Below, piece after piece: positions 26,546 through 38,755 of a DNA stretch of 45,066 nt (position 1 is the first letter of the stretch; each line of letters starts with the position of its first letter). The notes under the pieces are model-generated. The model did no database searches and had not been told where the DNA came from. It saw only the letters and a list, made by a program, of their open reading frames with translations. The position numbers and the translations under genes are program-made. Source of the stretch: Octopus bimaculoides (Eukaryota). The stretch spans positions 30,348,268-30,393,333 of the forward strand of contig NC_068992.1 of NCBI RefSeq assembly GCF_001194135.2, given 5' to 3'.

Positions 26546-27334
26546 AAGCTCTTTACTAATTTTAAATTCCATACGATGTTTACTTCACTTTTTGCATTCT
26601 CGGGATTGATACAATAAATATAATTCATTTATTGGGTGAACGCAATCGTCTAATATTCTCTCCGTAAAACTGCTGGCCTTGTTTAATATATATTTTAGTT
26701 GTAGTTCGATAATAGAAGTAATCTTGCGGTAATTGCGAAAGAAATTAACATAGTTAATTTTAAGATATGGGACATTAATTTCCAAAGTTCATTTACATAA
26801 TTACTGCATGCATATAGAAAATAAAATATGAACAATTTTTGCCAGTTTAGCCTGTGTAATTATTGACTGAAAATAAAGGATGATATATTACATACCTAAA
26901 ATATATAAATTAGGGTTATTTACTTAACATTAATAAATATGGCCCAAGCCAGTATTACTTGCTGGGGTGAATGACAGAAAACAATGTTCGACGGTCACAG
27001 ACTTATTTTCTGCTTTGTCGACTTACACGCACATGCATGTAATACATCTATTAACACATTCATACAGCTACGCACTCACTGGGTACCAAAGTACACGATA
27101 CGTTGACCGGATTTGTTGACAGGTTATATTTTTCATGTTATTGTAAAAATCAATGTTAGCCTAAAATGTTAATCAACTAGATCTGAATGTTGCCATAGCT
27201 GTTTCATTTCTAGTTCATGGAACCAAGACAATTCTCTTTTCAAATACGTTCTAGACAGACATCTTTATATTTTTGCAGGTTTTTTTTTTGTATATCCATA
27301 TATAAATTCTTTACATCCCCGTTGATCAATAACT

Positions 27335-27590
27335 GTTGTTATTGATAACTGTTGTTATTGATCACTACAGGTATACTAATCTTAGTCTGGCATATACTTG
27401 GAAGATCTTAGCAGCGATAGCCTCTGTTCCCTATCAGACCGGTGACAGCTTTCTTTTTAGAAGTCTTCCATGCAACTATTTCCTTTTCATTACAGTATAC
27501 ACCAGTTAGTGTGGACTTCGACCGCTGAATGATAGTGGTAACCGATATATCAACGTCGTTAATATATAACTCGAGGGTTTCGCAAAGCAA
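27335..27590 (-). mobile_element. Probable Penelope-like RT thumb-region remnant
   Basis: DVDISVTTIIQRSKSTLTGVYCNEKEIVAWKTSKKKAVTGLIGNRGYRC*D...NNSY resembles PLE FLDV.I....T..YRK.T.TG.Y.N..S..P...K...V..L..RA.RICS....NGY. Confidence 0.45.
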
Positions 27591-29688
27591 TTAAATACCG
27601 CTATACAACATACATTTTAAATGGATTTCTTTCATTGTTAGTACTTGTGGAATGTGGAAAATTCTTACTTTGCATAAGTATGTTCAGGAAGTCTTAAACA
27701 TCAGTTTCTTAGAGCGCTAGCAGAGTAATATTCCTTTTAGTAACAAAGTGGTAAGTAGTGGGTTAATGTATGTGACATGTAAATGTAATATGCAAAGAAA
27801 TTTCTTATAATTCAAAATAGTAACTTACATATAGTCATCACAGTTACACACACACACACACACACACTCACAGAGACATATATGTTTATATATATGTATA
27901 TAATATAGCAAATCATAATTATGTGCATATAGTATTAAATTATATATATACATACACAGAGACATATATATGCGTGTGTATGTGTGTGTGTGTGTGTGAG
28001 CACGTGTGTGGGATGGAGGTTGAGTGTGTACATAACGTTTGGTTATTGACGAGTGTTCTAAATATATAAAAAAAGACATTCACTAAAATTTTAATAATCC
28101 CCCATCGAATATACGCAATGAAGCGAAAAAAATTTCGAAAATGGAACGATAAAAATAATCCGTGTTATAAAGTAACAGGTGTTGCAGACGTATTCACTGT
28201 ATTCTTCATTAAATATATAAATCCTCTGAACCGAAAATATAGATCAAATATATCGCATTCAGAAAATACTGAAAACATTGAAAATAACTTTTATTGTCCG
28301 TATATTCCAATTTTCTCAATGAGACTACTTCTTCGCAAATATCATGTTTCTAGATATGCATTAGAAGTAATTATAATATAAACCTCGAAATAAGTTAGGC
28401 ATATCCAATTAATTTTTTTCATGAATATCTTCTATTCCCTTTCTTATTTCAAATACATTAATACGCACCACGATTTATCTTAACATAGTAACAACAGTAT
28501 AATATTGCCTCGCTGTTTCAAAGTGTGTATGTAGAAATTGTTCGACATCAGTCGCAAACTTGCACAATATTTTATTGGCTATTCAGCATTGTATTCCTAT
28601 ACTGAAGTGCTATGTAATCTGCTTAAACCTGAAACCAGCGAGAATCGTATATCATTAAAGAAGTTAATTTACTCCATAATCTTTGGCAGATATTTTCTTA
28701 CAAAATATTTCTGACCGAAGACTGTTTTACAAGGGATAGAAATAATGTGTTTTATAAACTGATAACTATTGGTGGATATATTATAGGCAAACATTTTCAG
28801 CTCGTAAATAAGTTAAGCGTATCAAATAATTTCACACAGCTATTGAAAGCGCTATCTCATAAACACAAGTGCAAACGTCATTCGAAATCTCACCATCATT
28901 CAACCTAACTATCACCCCTATGTTACGCATCTGAATTAAAGCACGCGCGTGTATGTGAATATGTATGTGTATGAGTGTGCTTGTGAGTGTGTGTGTGTGT
29001 GTATGGCAGTGTGTGTTGGTGTGCGATTAGATTATTTAATGCTCACAACAAACGTAATAATTCTAGTCACACCGGAAATTTGGAATTTTTTATGTACTTC
29101 TGCGCAGTAAAAAACGAAAAGTAAAGATTGACTTTTTGATATGTATTTTGCAAAATCGTAATCCCATAGACCTAGAGCAATGGATCCCTGCATTTTTAGC
29201 TCAGTGACTCCTTTCACGTATTGCGATTTGCATATATCGCTGCATTAAAATAAATAAATCAATACGTAAATAGGTAAGTAAATAGGGTAACTGAATATTT
29301 TAAATAAACAGAAATCACTTATGCATTGAGCTTTATCTTCCATATTTTTTTAATGTATCAAATCCGGTAATTCCCAATCTCAGATATACAGCAAGTTATG
29401 TGAAACGAAACATTTCTAGAAGTTAAGAAGACGAGAGCACCTCCCCACATACATGCATGCAGAATTTATATTGGAATTCTTTTATGATTCTTCATATTAA
29501 TAAAGAAACGTCTTCTTGGTGTCAACCCCGTAGAAATATGTCTTGATACTTGTTCTGATGATAGTTATATGACTATATGTGTGTATATGTGTGTGTGTGT
29601 GTGTGTTTGTGTGCGCATGTGTATAGATGTATATAAATACATATATAAATACATATATCCATATATGGTTATGAATGCATGTATATGC

Positions 29689-29747
<59 letters not shown>

Positions 29748-29934
29748 CAGAGAGAGACAAAGAGAGACAGAGAGAGAAATAGATACATACATACATATAT
29801 ACGGATATATATATATATGTGTGTGTGTATATATGTATGTATGTATAGTGATACGTATGTTTATGTGCGTGTTTGTGTCTATATTTATCATTTATATTTT
29901 ATCTTTTATTTCTTACAGGTTTCAGCCGACCGTT

Positions 29935-30490
29935 CAGGCCATGAAGGAGCACCAAGCATCATTGTTTCTGACGAATTAAAGGGTGGTTGCTCTTGTTCGT
30001 ATCTTCTTCCGCGATTTGGGGTCATCTGGTGTCTCATATAATAATTTGTTCAGACTCGCTTTGAAGAACTTCACATCTATATCTGACAAATCTCTGAGGC
30101 TGCTTGACAAAATGTTGAATATTTCTGGACCCATAAATATTTGCGGACCGTATTCTGAATAGAGGAGATGAGGACTCGGTATTATGTAGTTCAGTGATTT
30201 GTACAGCTTTCACTTCCGAAGTTGGGAGACAAACGTCTCAGCATCTTCCATGTTTACATTATTGCATGACTTTTGTGCCCTCTGTCTAGGAAGTAGCCCT
30301 TCAGCATCTGTCAGTAGTTCATCCGTTTCATTGTGTCAATATTTATTGTTTAGTTGCGCTGGACTGCCTCAAATTCCACAACCACCTTGAAGCTTTGTCG
30401 TGACCAAACTTGGCAGCTGTAATGCAGAAAATGTAATGAAGAAAATATTTTCCATTCTGATTCGGAATGATCTCAGAATCCGACCAGCTA
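29935..30490 (-). mobile_element. CR1-type LINE, decayed 3' end of ORF2
   Basis: AGRILRSFRIR...LHYSCQVWS...EFEAVQRN...WKML..LSPNFG...GPEIFNILSSSLRDLSDIDVKFFKASLNKLLYETPDDP across stops and frameshifts; the same domain region as 961-1312. Confidence 0.8.
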
Positions 30491-30549
30491 CACACACATA
30501 TAAACACACACGCACACAGGAACACACACAGGAACACACACACACATAC

Positions 30550-30606
<57 letters not shown>

Positions 30607-31545
30607 CACATCTTAAAATACTTCTGCTTGTCATTGCGTTACTTAACCCATAGATAACGCTTTCACGTGATTAGAGAAAATGAGGGAGAAAGCAAAGTGG
30701 GAGAGGGAAAAAGCGTGTGGGATAAAAAAAAAAGGGAGGGAGAAGCGCCCATTACATAAGATAGGGGGAATGTAATTGTAACTCTTTCAAGTGAATAGTC
30801 GAAGGATAAGAGAAGAGAAAAAAAAGGATATAATTCGATTAATTAATTTTCGAAGGTCTGGAATTGAAACAGCTGTAAAGGATGCTTGTCAATTTTTTTA
30901 ATGAATAAACAATATTTTATAAATTACCTCTCTATTTTCTCATCTCATTACATATGTGTGTGTCCGTATTTGTGTGTGTGTATGTATGTATGTATGAATA
31001 GCAACATATTTCTTTTGTACTAATTATATGCATAGATGATCATTATATGCAATCCTCATTTAAATCTCATATATATTGATTTCAATGATGGCTAATGTGG
31101 AAAGGTTAATAGGAAACATTGAAACGGTTTACGGTCATGTGTAACACATATGAAGGTATTGAAGAAAATTGTAATCAAATTCACATTGTTAAATATTATT
31201 ATTTTCTGCAATTGAAAATGACATGTCTTCCCATATATTTTATCATCATAGCTGTAACACAAATCTGGTAACCGTTTATAAAATTTTAGCCGCGTTCTCT
31301 TCCTGACAGTCAATCGTCAAGCAAATTAATTGTTTGGTAGCTGTTGATTACCCATTGAAAGAAAAAGCAAAATCACTTGTATATGTATATATATATAATG
31401 CAAGAGCGTTAGGGGTTGAGGATTCAACCCACTAAGGGATAGTATCTATGCAATATACTGCTGGAAGGGTACCCAATTATTGTTACACTAGTGTTCTACC
31501 AAGTGTAATAAGTGGGTGCGAGTAACAGTGGGGGGATTTGTTTTA

Positions 31546-31671
<126 letters not shown>

Positions 31672-31673
31672 GC

Positions 31674-31717
<44 letters not shown>

Positions 31718-32554
31718 GTATATATGAATGTATATATGTGTGTGTACATATATATGTATACAAAAGTTTTATCCACCAAATATATGAGATAAAAGTGGTA
31801 ATTATTCCTCTAAAATTTTAGAAAGAATTCAGTGTATTAAATTAGAAATTGGTAATATTTAATGCATCAAAAGAAAATCGGTGGATATATATGAAAAAAA
31901 AAAATTAAAGCTGATATGATTTTGGCGCATCGTTTATTTCTTCTTTTAGTGAAAACTCACCCTCTTGTTCTTCCTCTCTAGCATTTCGTTCTCGTTATCT
32001 AACTTTCACCAGTTATCTTTCGGTTTGGGAAGAGTTACCGAAAACATTCACTCATTCCAATAGTCATCGATAAAATTTTAGCCGAGTCAACTGTTGTGTC
32101 GCATGAACATCACTCGTTCGTTTTTGGCAATTAGTCTTTGAAGTTAAAGCCAATGCTTTTTCGTAATTCTATCGGAAAAGATAATACTGATAATTATTCT
32201 ATGAAATTACATTTAAAATATATTTCTGAATGAACATTCAATATTGGAGCTGAAATTGTTAAATTTTAGTACTTTACAAAAGAATCCGTATAAGATTTTA
32301 CTACTGCACCGACGTTTACGAGGTACACAGAATTAGATTCCATTCATTGAGATATATTTATGCACAATTTAATTAAAATACAATAAATGATATAGGAACT
32401 GATAAAGATGTACATTTATTTAAGCGTTATACTACTGATTTTGAACGGTGAAATTCATAATTTACTTATGAAATCCAAATTCATAGACCATAGTTTCAAT
32501 GCAATTTTGTTTGTCACGGAGGTAAAATACACACATGACTAAAAAATAGTTTAT

Positions 32555-33460
32555 AAAAGGTTTATGTTGTTCCACCCAGTATTTAGTCGCCTTTATTTCT
32601 AAATCAAGTGAAATATTGTTGTGAAATCTTACTACCTTAAAACTAAGTAAAAGTGAATGCAGTCGATATCATACCGGATGAAACTAGGTATGTGAGTATA
32701 TAATGGTATGAAAGTAATGTCAGTTAAATTGCTTAGACGGTGGGTAGGACATGGTGAACCCGTTATCATAAGACTAAGTTTCAGATCTTTGGCGTGTAAT
32801 AATTTTATATACACGTTTTTTTTTCCCCCTTTACTCTGTTTAATTTCTTTTGACTTGTGTATTTTTCGTAAACCGTAGCAGCTGCTGCGTTTTGATTCGA
32901 AATCGGTGATGTAGTCTTTTTTTATTATTAGTAAGGGAATTGTAGTATTTTGAAACCAGGTTATTGACATTTTTCATGACGTGGTAGTCAATATTTGAAG
33001 GTATTTCCCAGTAGTATGTCGTGTCCTTTAATTTCTTTTCCGTTAAAGACCTGTAGTATTCGGCATCCATTATGACAATTGTACCCACTTTATCTGCTTG
33101 TTTAATGAGTATTGTGTTATCGTTTTGTAGGTGTTTAAGCGCAAATATCTCTGATTTGCTAATATTTGGCCTCGCAAAAGTATTCTGTCTAAGGGGAAAT
33201 TTATGCAACATATCAATGTATTGATCGACAAAGTTATTTCTTCCTTTTAGTGAGGTTAATTTTGGTTTATTCTTTACTAAGGATTCATCAATTTCACTAC
33301 GTTTATTAGCAAAGAATTCAACAAGTCGTAATTTCCGACAGAAATTTTGGATATCATCCTCCAATTTCTGTATGTATGTATGTATGTTTGTATGTCTGTA
33401 TGTATGTTTAAACAGGGTTGAAATGAGACTTACCATAAGATTAACGCCTCTGAAAGACAA
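32555..33460 (-). mobile_element. Penelope-like element RT N-terminal/fingers fragment (pseudogenised)
   Basis: DIQNFCRKLRLVEFF, NISKSEIFALKHLQNDNTILIKQADKVGTIVIMDAEYY (ADKG..IVIMD motif), YGLRKIHKS (YGLPKIHK), CPTHRLSN...HIPSFIR, NISLDLEIKATKYWVEQH. Frameshifts join ORFs 32840..33460 and 32632..32970. Confidence 0.9.
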
Positions 33461-33935
33461 TAGACAGGCAAGCTTTTATAAGCTGGTGGAAATTATTAGG
33501 TAAACATTCAAACCTAAAATATATGGCTGCTCACAAATAAAGACTAAAATTGCGAGAATGAACTAGAGAAATAAACATAAATGAAAACTGTAAGCAGAAG
33601 AAACGAGCATTGAAGCTTAGGAGTAAAAATGTTTTCATTTGGCCCGTGAGAATAGGAAATAATAATTAACTGACGTATGCATATATGTATGCATGTATGT
33701 ATGTATGTATGCATATATATATATATATATANNNNNNNNNNNNNNNNNNNNNNNNNNNNNNNNNNNNNNNNNNNNNNNNNNNNNNNNNNNNNNNNNNNNN
33801 NNNNNNNNNNNNNNNNNNNNNNNNNNNNNNNNNNNNNNNNNNNNNNNNNNNNNNNNNNNNNNNNNNNNNNNNNNNNNNNNNNNNNNNNNNNNNNNNNNNN
33901 NNNNNNNNNNNNNNNNNNNNNNNNNNNNNNNNNNN

Positions 33936-33980
<45 letters not shown>

Positions 33981-34259
33981 CGTGTTTCTATTTGATTATA
34001 CAAGATTCGTGGTGTGAATTCAATTCTTAAAACTGATTTGTGAATCTGTTCTCATAAATGAGATATTGCTAAAACTGGATAGGAAATATATATAGGACGT
34101 AGTAGTAACACAACACTACTATTCCCTCCCACGCAATATTCATATAAAGGTGAGCGTCCAAGAGTGTTAGGGTGGGGGTACGCAGGCATAGTTAGGTGTG
34201 TCGTTTAGGGTTAGAATGACTGATGAAAGCAACGAAAACCCCACTAATAAAAGCCTATG

Positions 34260-34690
34260 ACTATGTACATCTTCAATATGCAACACTACACATTTACACA
34301 CGCAAGCACCTATGCATTTGAACTCATGTACGCTTGAATAGAGAGATATAGGCTAGCATTAAAATAATACAAGAACATCCATGTAGAAAAATACATGTAA
34401 TATACACAATTCCAATACACCACCATACACGCAGGCATACATGCAGGAACCAATGAAATCCCTACAAATAAAAACCTGTAATTATGTAGAACTCCAATTT
34501 GCAACGCTGCATATTTACACACGCACGCATTTGTGCTTTTGTACGTATGTACATGTGGATAGAGAGATGTAGGCTATTATTAGAATGATACAAGAAATCC
34601 ACTTAGAACAATACATGTAATATAAAAAATTCCAATACATGCACACATACACGCAAGCATAAAAACACGTACACAGGAGCAGAAGATCAC
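34260..34690. repeat. Diverged tandem duplication, ~221-bp period
   Basis: gcaacactacacatttacacacgca...atagagagatataggcta...aatacatgtaatata..aattccaatac at 34280 recurs at 34501. Confidence 0.85.
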
Positions 34691-35503
34691 TTAATGGCAC
34701 ACCAGACATGTGCGCGTACAGACACAGACAGATATGCAAAGGCACTGGCGTACACATGCACATATACACAGACATGTTTAGGCATTCACGCGCGCAAACA
34801 CACACACATGAGCGGGGGAACACATGCACGCATACAGGAAGACAAATATACATGCAATCACACGCAATCATGCGCATCCCAAAACCGCGCGCGCGCGCAC
34901 CCACATACCCACACACCTACACACCCACTTACATGCCTTACGTTTTATCTCACCCTACCTCTCTCTTTAAGCAACCACACAACTACATATACACGTATGA
35001 GCATACTCCTACATACTCAAGACACATTGTAGAGAGGGGGGCATGTCTTTAGTGAGGTAAACGCATTACGCAGACAATCGACTAACAATAAACAAAAAAA
35101 AATGATAATGAATCGCTGCGTGTGCTTAACATTCCAGTAATGACCCTCCCACGTACTAGATACACACAATCACATATTTATATATTGACAGGGATCGATA
35201 CAGAGGTCACACTTATAGACACATAAATAAGTGTTTGTGGGTGAGTGTTTGTGTGTATGTATATATCAGGTCATTAAGAATGAAATTTCTGATTTTGAAC
35301 TGAAAGTTTATTGTTCTATGTTTAAGAGATGAGGAATTAGGTACATTGTTTACATTATTTACATTTGATGGATATTTGTCCTCATCTTGTTTGTTGTTAA
35401 CACAACGTTACCCTCCAGCCTTTATCAGGTGTCTGGACATTTCGAACCTGGATTCTCATTCCTAAGGTATTTTTGGTGTTATTATTATTATTATTATTAT
35501 TAA

Positions 35504-35568
35504 GGTCACTAGCTGGAATCGAACTCGGAATCTTGGGATTAGTAGCCCGCGCTCTTAATCACTACACC
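35504..35568 (-). promoter_or_regulatory. tRNA-derived Pol III internal promoter (SINE head), not a functional tRNA
   Basis: GGTGTAGTGATTAAGAGCGCGGGCTACTAATCCCAAGATTCCGAGTTCGATTCCAGC: A-box-like GTAGTGATTAAG, anticodon-loop-like CTACTAA, B box GAGTTCGATTCC. There is no 5' acceptor strand. Confidence 0.75.
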
Positions 35569-35570
35569 AA

Positions 35571-35615
35571 GACACGTGATGAACACTGGAGGGTATATCA
35601 GCCGAAACGTTGTAT
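35571..35615 (+). ncRNA. Degenerate minimal hammerhead ribozyme (PLE type)
   Basis: GACAC-GTGATGA-A-CACTG-gagggtatat-CAGCC-GAAAC-GTT-GTATT. Differences (C3>G, stem II 5' strand) are complemented by the opposite arm (GACAC-CTGATAA-A-GGCTG...AACGTT-GTGTT). Confidence 0.65.
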
Positions 35616-35963
35616 TATCCTCAAACAAGATGAGGACAAATATCCGTCAAATGTAAATAATGTAAATAATAAAAGTTTATTTTATTTTATCTCAACAAAA
35701 ATCCAATGCAGTTAATCAAAGTATGCACCTAAATTATCAACACAATTTTATCATATGATCAGTAGCTTATTTATGTCGGCAGCGAAAAATTCTCGAGAAC
35801 AAGAGGTGATTAAATCACGAAAGTCTGTTATTGCATCTTCAGATTTAATTTTCTTTTTTTACTTTCAAAATAGTTCTCTAATGCCTGGAAAACGGGATAG
35901 TCAGTTGTTGCAGGTTCTGTTGAATATGTATATGTATGTATCTATCTCGATATACATATACAT

Positions 35964-36018
<55 letters not shown>

Positions 36019-37346
36019 TAAACGTATATATAAACGTATATTCAAATTTCCTGTCAGAAGTAGCTGTATAATGAAAACATTATGAATATCAGATTCTTCA
36101 TGTAAGTCAGTTGTTGAACGCTTGCAGCCTTGTACCTCTGTGTTATTGTTTCAAAATTCACAGTATGCTTAGAAGCTCAGGGAAATGAAACTGTTTCAAA
36201 AGTTAAAGAAGGCGACAGATATCGGTATTTTTTTCTAGACTTTATGATCGTTGGTGCTGTATACTCGCGTAACGTACGAAACGAAATCGAATCGCTTGCT
36301 AGAGTAAAATTTATTTCTCGATGCACAACTAGATATCTGCCGTTTTCGTTCACTTCAAGTGCACTAAATAAGCTAATTCTTCATGCGTATAAATGAAATA
36401 TGAAAAATGATTTTCTGAAATATATTCCGTATTTCATTGAAATTTCATTTATTCATGAAGCAGCTAACCAAATTCCAAGCGGAAACTTTTTGCATCACAA
36501 AACGAGTTGAGTAGATAACCCCAGATACGTTTTAATTAATTTCTTAAAACTTTCATTCTGGTGCTTATGCCTGGTTGGTTATTGTGAATGTAACAAGTAT
36601 ACTTCTGCGTTATTAGACTTGTCAGCGTAACATCATGAGCAGAAACGCTATTTGCCATAGATATATGAATTTACATTTATAAACAGAGTTTCATGTATTA
36701 CCTTCCAATCACCCCGTCACTTGATAAGGATTATTGATGCATTTATTTTATTTAGTCCGGCTGAGTCGAATATTCCAGTTCAGTTGGATATGTCACGTGC
36801 GTGTATACGTCTAACACTAACCGTATATAACTATTCTTAATCTACGAAATTGTAATATTTTAGCATAATTTTGTTTCGTAATATGCAAATTACAAGTGAT
36901 TATGCAAATATACTTGCATCATCAATTCTCTAAGAAAAGCTACGCCCCAAGCAACTTCAAGATAAATTAGCTAAGTTAACATGGTTCAAAATTAACGGAG
37001 TATAACTGTTGCTCTTAATCAAAGCAGCTTAAAAAGTCCATGCATAATATACATGAAAGAATACATATATACTTAAGTTCCGACAGTCGTTTTCTGAGAA
37101 GATAAGAAAAGTCTGGATGCCTTTTAATAACGCAAAAACAACATCCGATTTAGCAACGAGGTGTTGAGCGTTGCTAATTGCACAGAAAATTAAGTTGTTA
37201 TTTATCTCTCAGTCTATCATAATTCATTTTCCACTCTCTTTCTGTACCCTCCCTCACACGTCATCCACTCACAGTCATCCAAGTAATGAAGTTCAACATT
37301 GTATACCATCTCACTTAACTACTATCCGTCATTTTGCATCAGTATT

Positions 37347-37381
<35 letters not shown>

Positions 37382-37712
37382 NNNNNNNNNNNNNNNNNNN
37401 NNNNNNNNNNNNNNNNNNNNNNNNNNNNNNNNNNNNNNNNNNNNNNNNNNNNNNNNNNNNNNNNNNNNNNNNNNNNNNNNNNNNNNNNNNNNNNNNNNNN
37501 NNNNNNNNNNNNNNNNNNNNNNNNNNNNNNNNNNNNNNNNNNNNNNNNNNNNNNNNNNNNNNNNNNNNNNNNNNNNNNNNNNNNNNNNNNNNNNNNNNNN
37601 NNNNNNNNNNNNNNNNNNNNNNNNNNNNNNNNNNNNNNNNNNNNNNNNNNNNNNNNNNNNNNNNNNNNNNNNNNNNNNNNNNNNNNNNNNNNNNNNNNNN
37701 NNNNNNNNNNNN

Positions 37713-37832
37713 GCATGGTAAGTAGCTTACTTACCAGTCACATGGTTCCGGGTTCAGTCCCACTGCGGGCCGACCAAAGCTTTGTGAGTGGGTTGTTAGA
37801 CGGAAACTGAAAGACGCCTGACATATATATAA

Positions 37833-37882
<50 letters not shown>

Positions 37883-38105
37883 GTATGCGTGTGTGTGTGT
37901 CTGTGTGTCTGTGTTTGTGCGTGTGTGTGTGTTTGTGTGTGTGTGTTTGTCTTCCCACCATCACTTGACAACCGATTGTGGTTCGGCGAAAGAGAACGAT
38001 AGTATAAGTACTAGGCTTACAAAGAATAAGTCATGTGGTCGATTTGTTCAACTAAAGGTTGTGCTCCGTCAAGACTGCAGTCAAACGACCGAAATAAATA
38101 AAAGA
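37713..38105 (+). mobile_element. tRNA-headed CORE-like SINE with internal (TA)/(TG) microsatellite and two internal deletions
   Basis: tggtaagtagcttacttaccagtcacatggttccgggttcagtccc (A/B-box-like), gggccgaccaaagctttgtgagtgg...gaaactgaaagacgcc, microsatellite, 3' body ending gactgcagtcaaacgaccgaaataaataaaaga. Confidence 0.85.
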
Positions 38106-38184
38106 CTAAAATAATAAAAGAATATATGTAATACGCATCTAAACTTGACTGAGGGAGTGAATAACACATATATTGCTAGACATC

Positions 38185-38515
38185 GGAGCTAAAATGCTCC
38201 AATGCTCATACAATGTACATAACATATACTCTGGTAGGGGCTGCAATCACCCCGAACACCGAACCGAGAATTCTTTGCACTGACCGCCCAGTTCCTGCAA
38301 TTTCCGTTGTCATCTTCGGTAAGTCCAGTTCGTTCGGCTGATTCCGGGCTAGCTCGCCTATCAGAGTATATATATATTCACCGTAAAAATCTATGGATGA
38401 TTTAGCAGAAATTGCTGTAACTGGCCGGTGAGTGTAAGGAATTCTCGGTTCGGTGTCGGGGGTCTATGCAGCCGCTCTCACAGTATATGTTATGTGCATT
38501 AGAGCATTTAGGTCC
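38185..38515. mobile_element. Palindromic MITE-like element with ~120-bp imperfect inverted arms
   Basis: Left arm ggagctaaaatgctc...acataacatatac...ggctgca...acaccgaaccgagaattc...gcaatttc mirrors right arm gaaattgc...gaattctcggttcggtgt...tgcagcc...gtatatgttatgt...gagcatttaggtcc. Confidence 0.75.
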
Positions 38516-38680
38516 TATATCTAGCGATGTAAGTGTTATTCACATCCTTTGTCAATAAATTTCCGTCACTGTATACCGTTGGAAAAGCTGTTTTTATTAT
38601 ATGTGTGTATGTGTGTGGAGAGAGAAAGGAAACAGTGAGGTATAGTCATATATATCTATTAATGCGTGTATATTGATTTG

Positions 38681-38755
<75 letters not shown>

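Larger units (their letters stand above)
35349..35666 (-). mobile_element. Composite element: tRNA-derived head, (TAA)n, HHR-bearing Penelope-type tail, plus an inverted second tail
   Basis: Inverted arms 35349-35436 and 35567-35666, tRNA-like head 35504-35568 on the minus strand, and HHR core remnants in both arms. Confidence 0.8.

Noticed and set aside
30860-30882. GAAACAGCTGTAAAGG, the same 3' half as the 20.7-kb hammerhead
   Set aside because: No CUGAUGA core or stem II upstream; at best a remnant.
34228-34252. CTGATGAAAGCAACGAAAACCCC as a hammerhead
   Set aside because: No stem II pairing and no NUH plus stem I.
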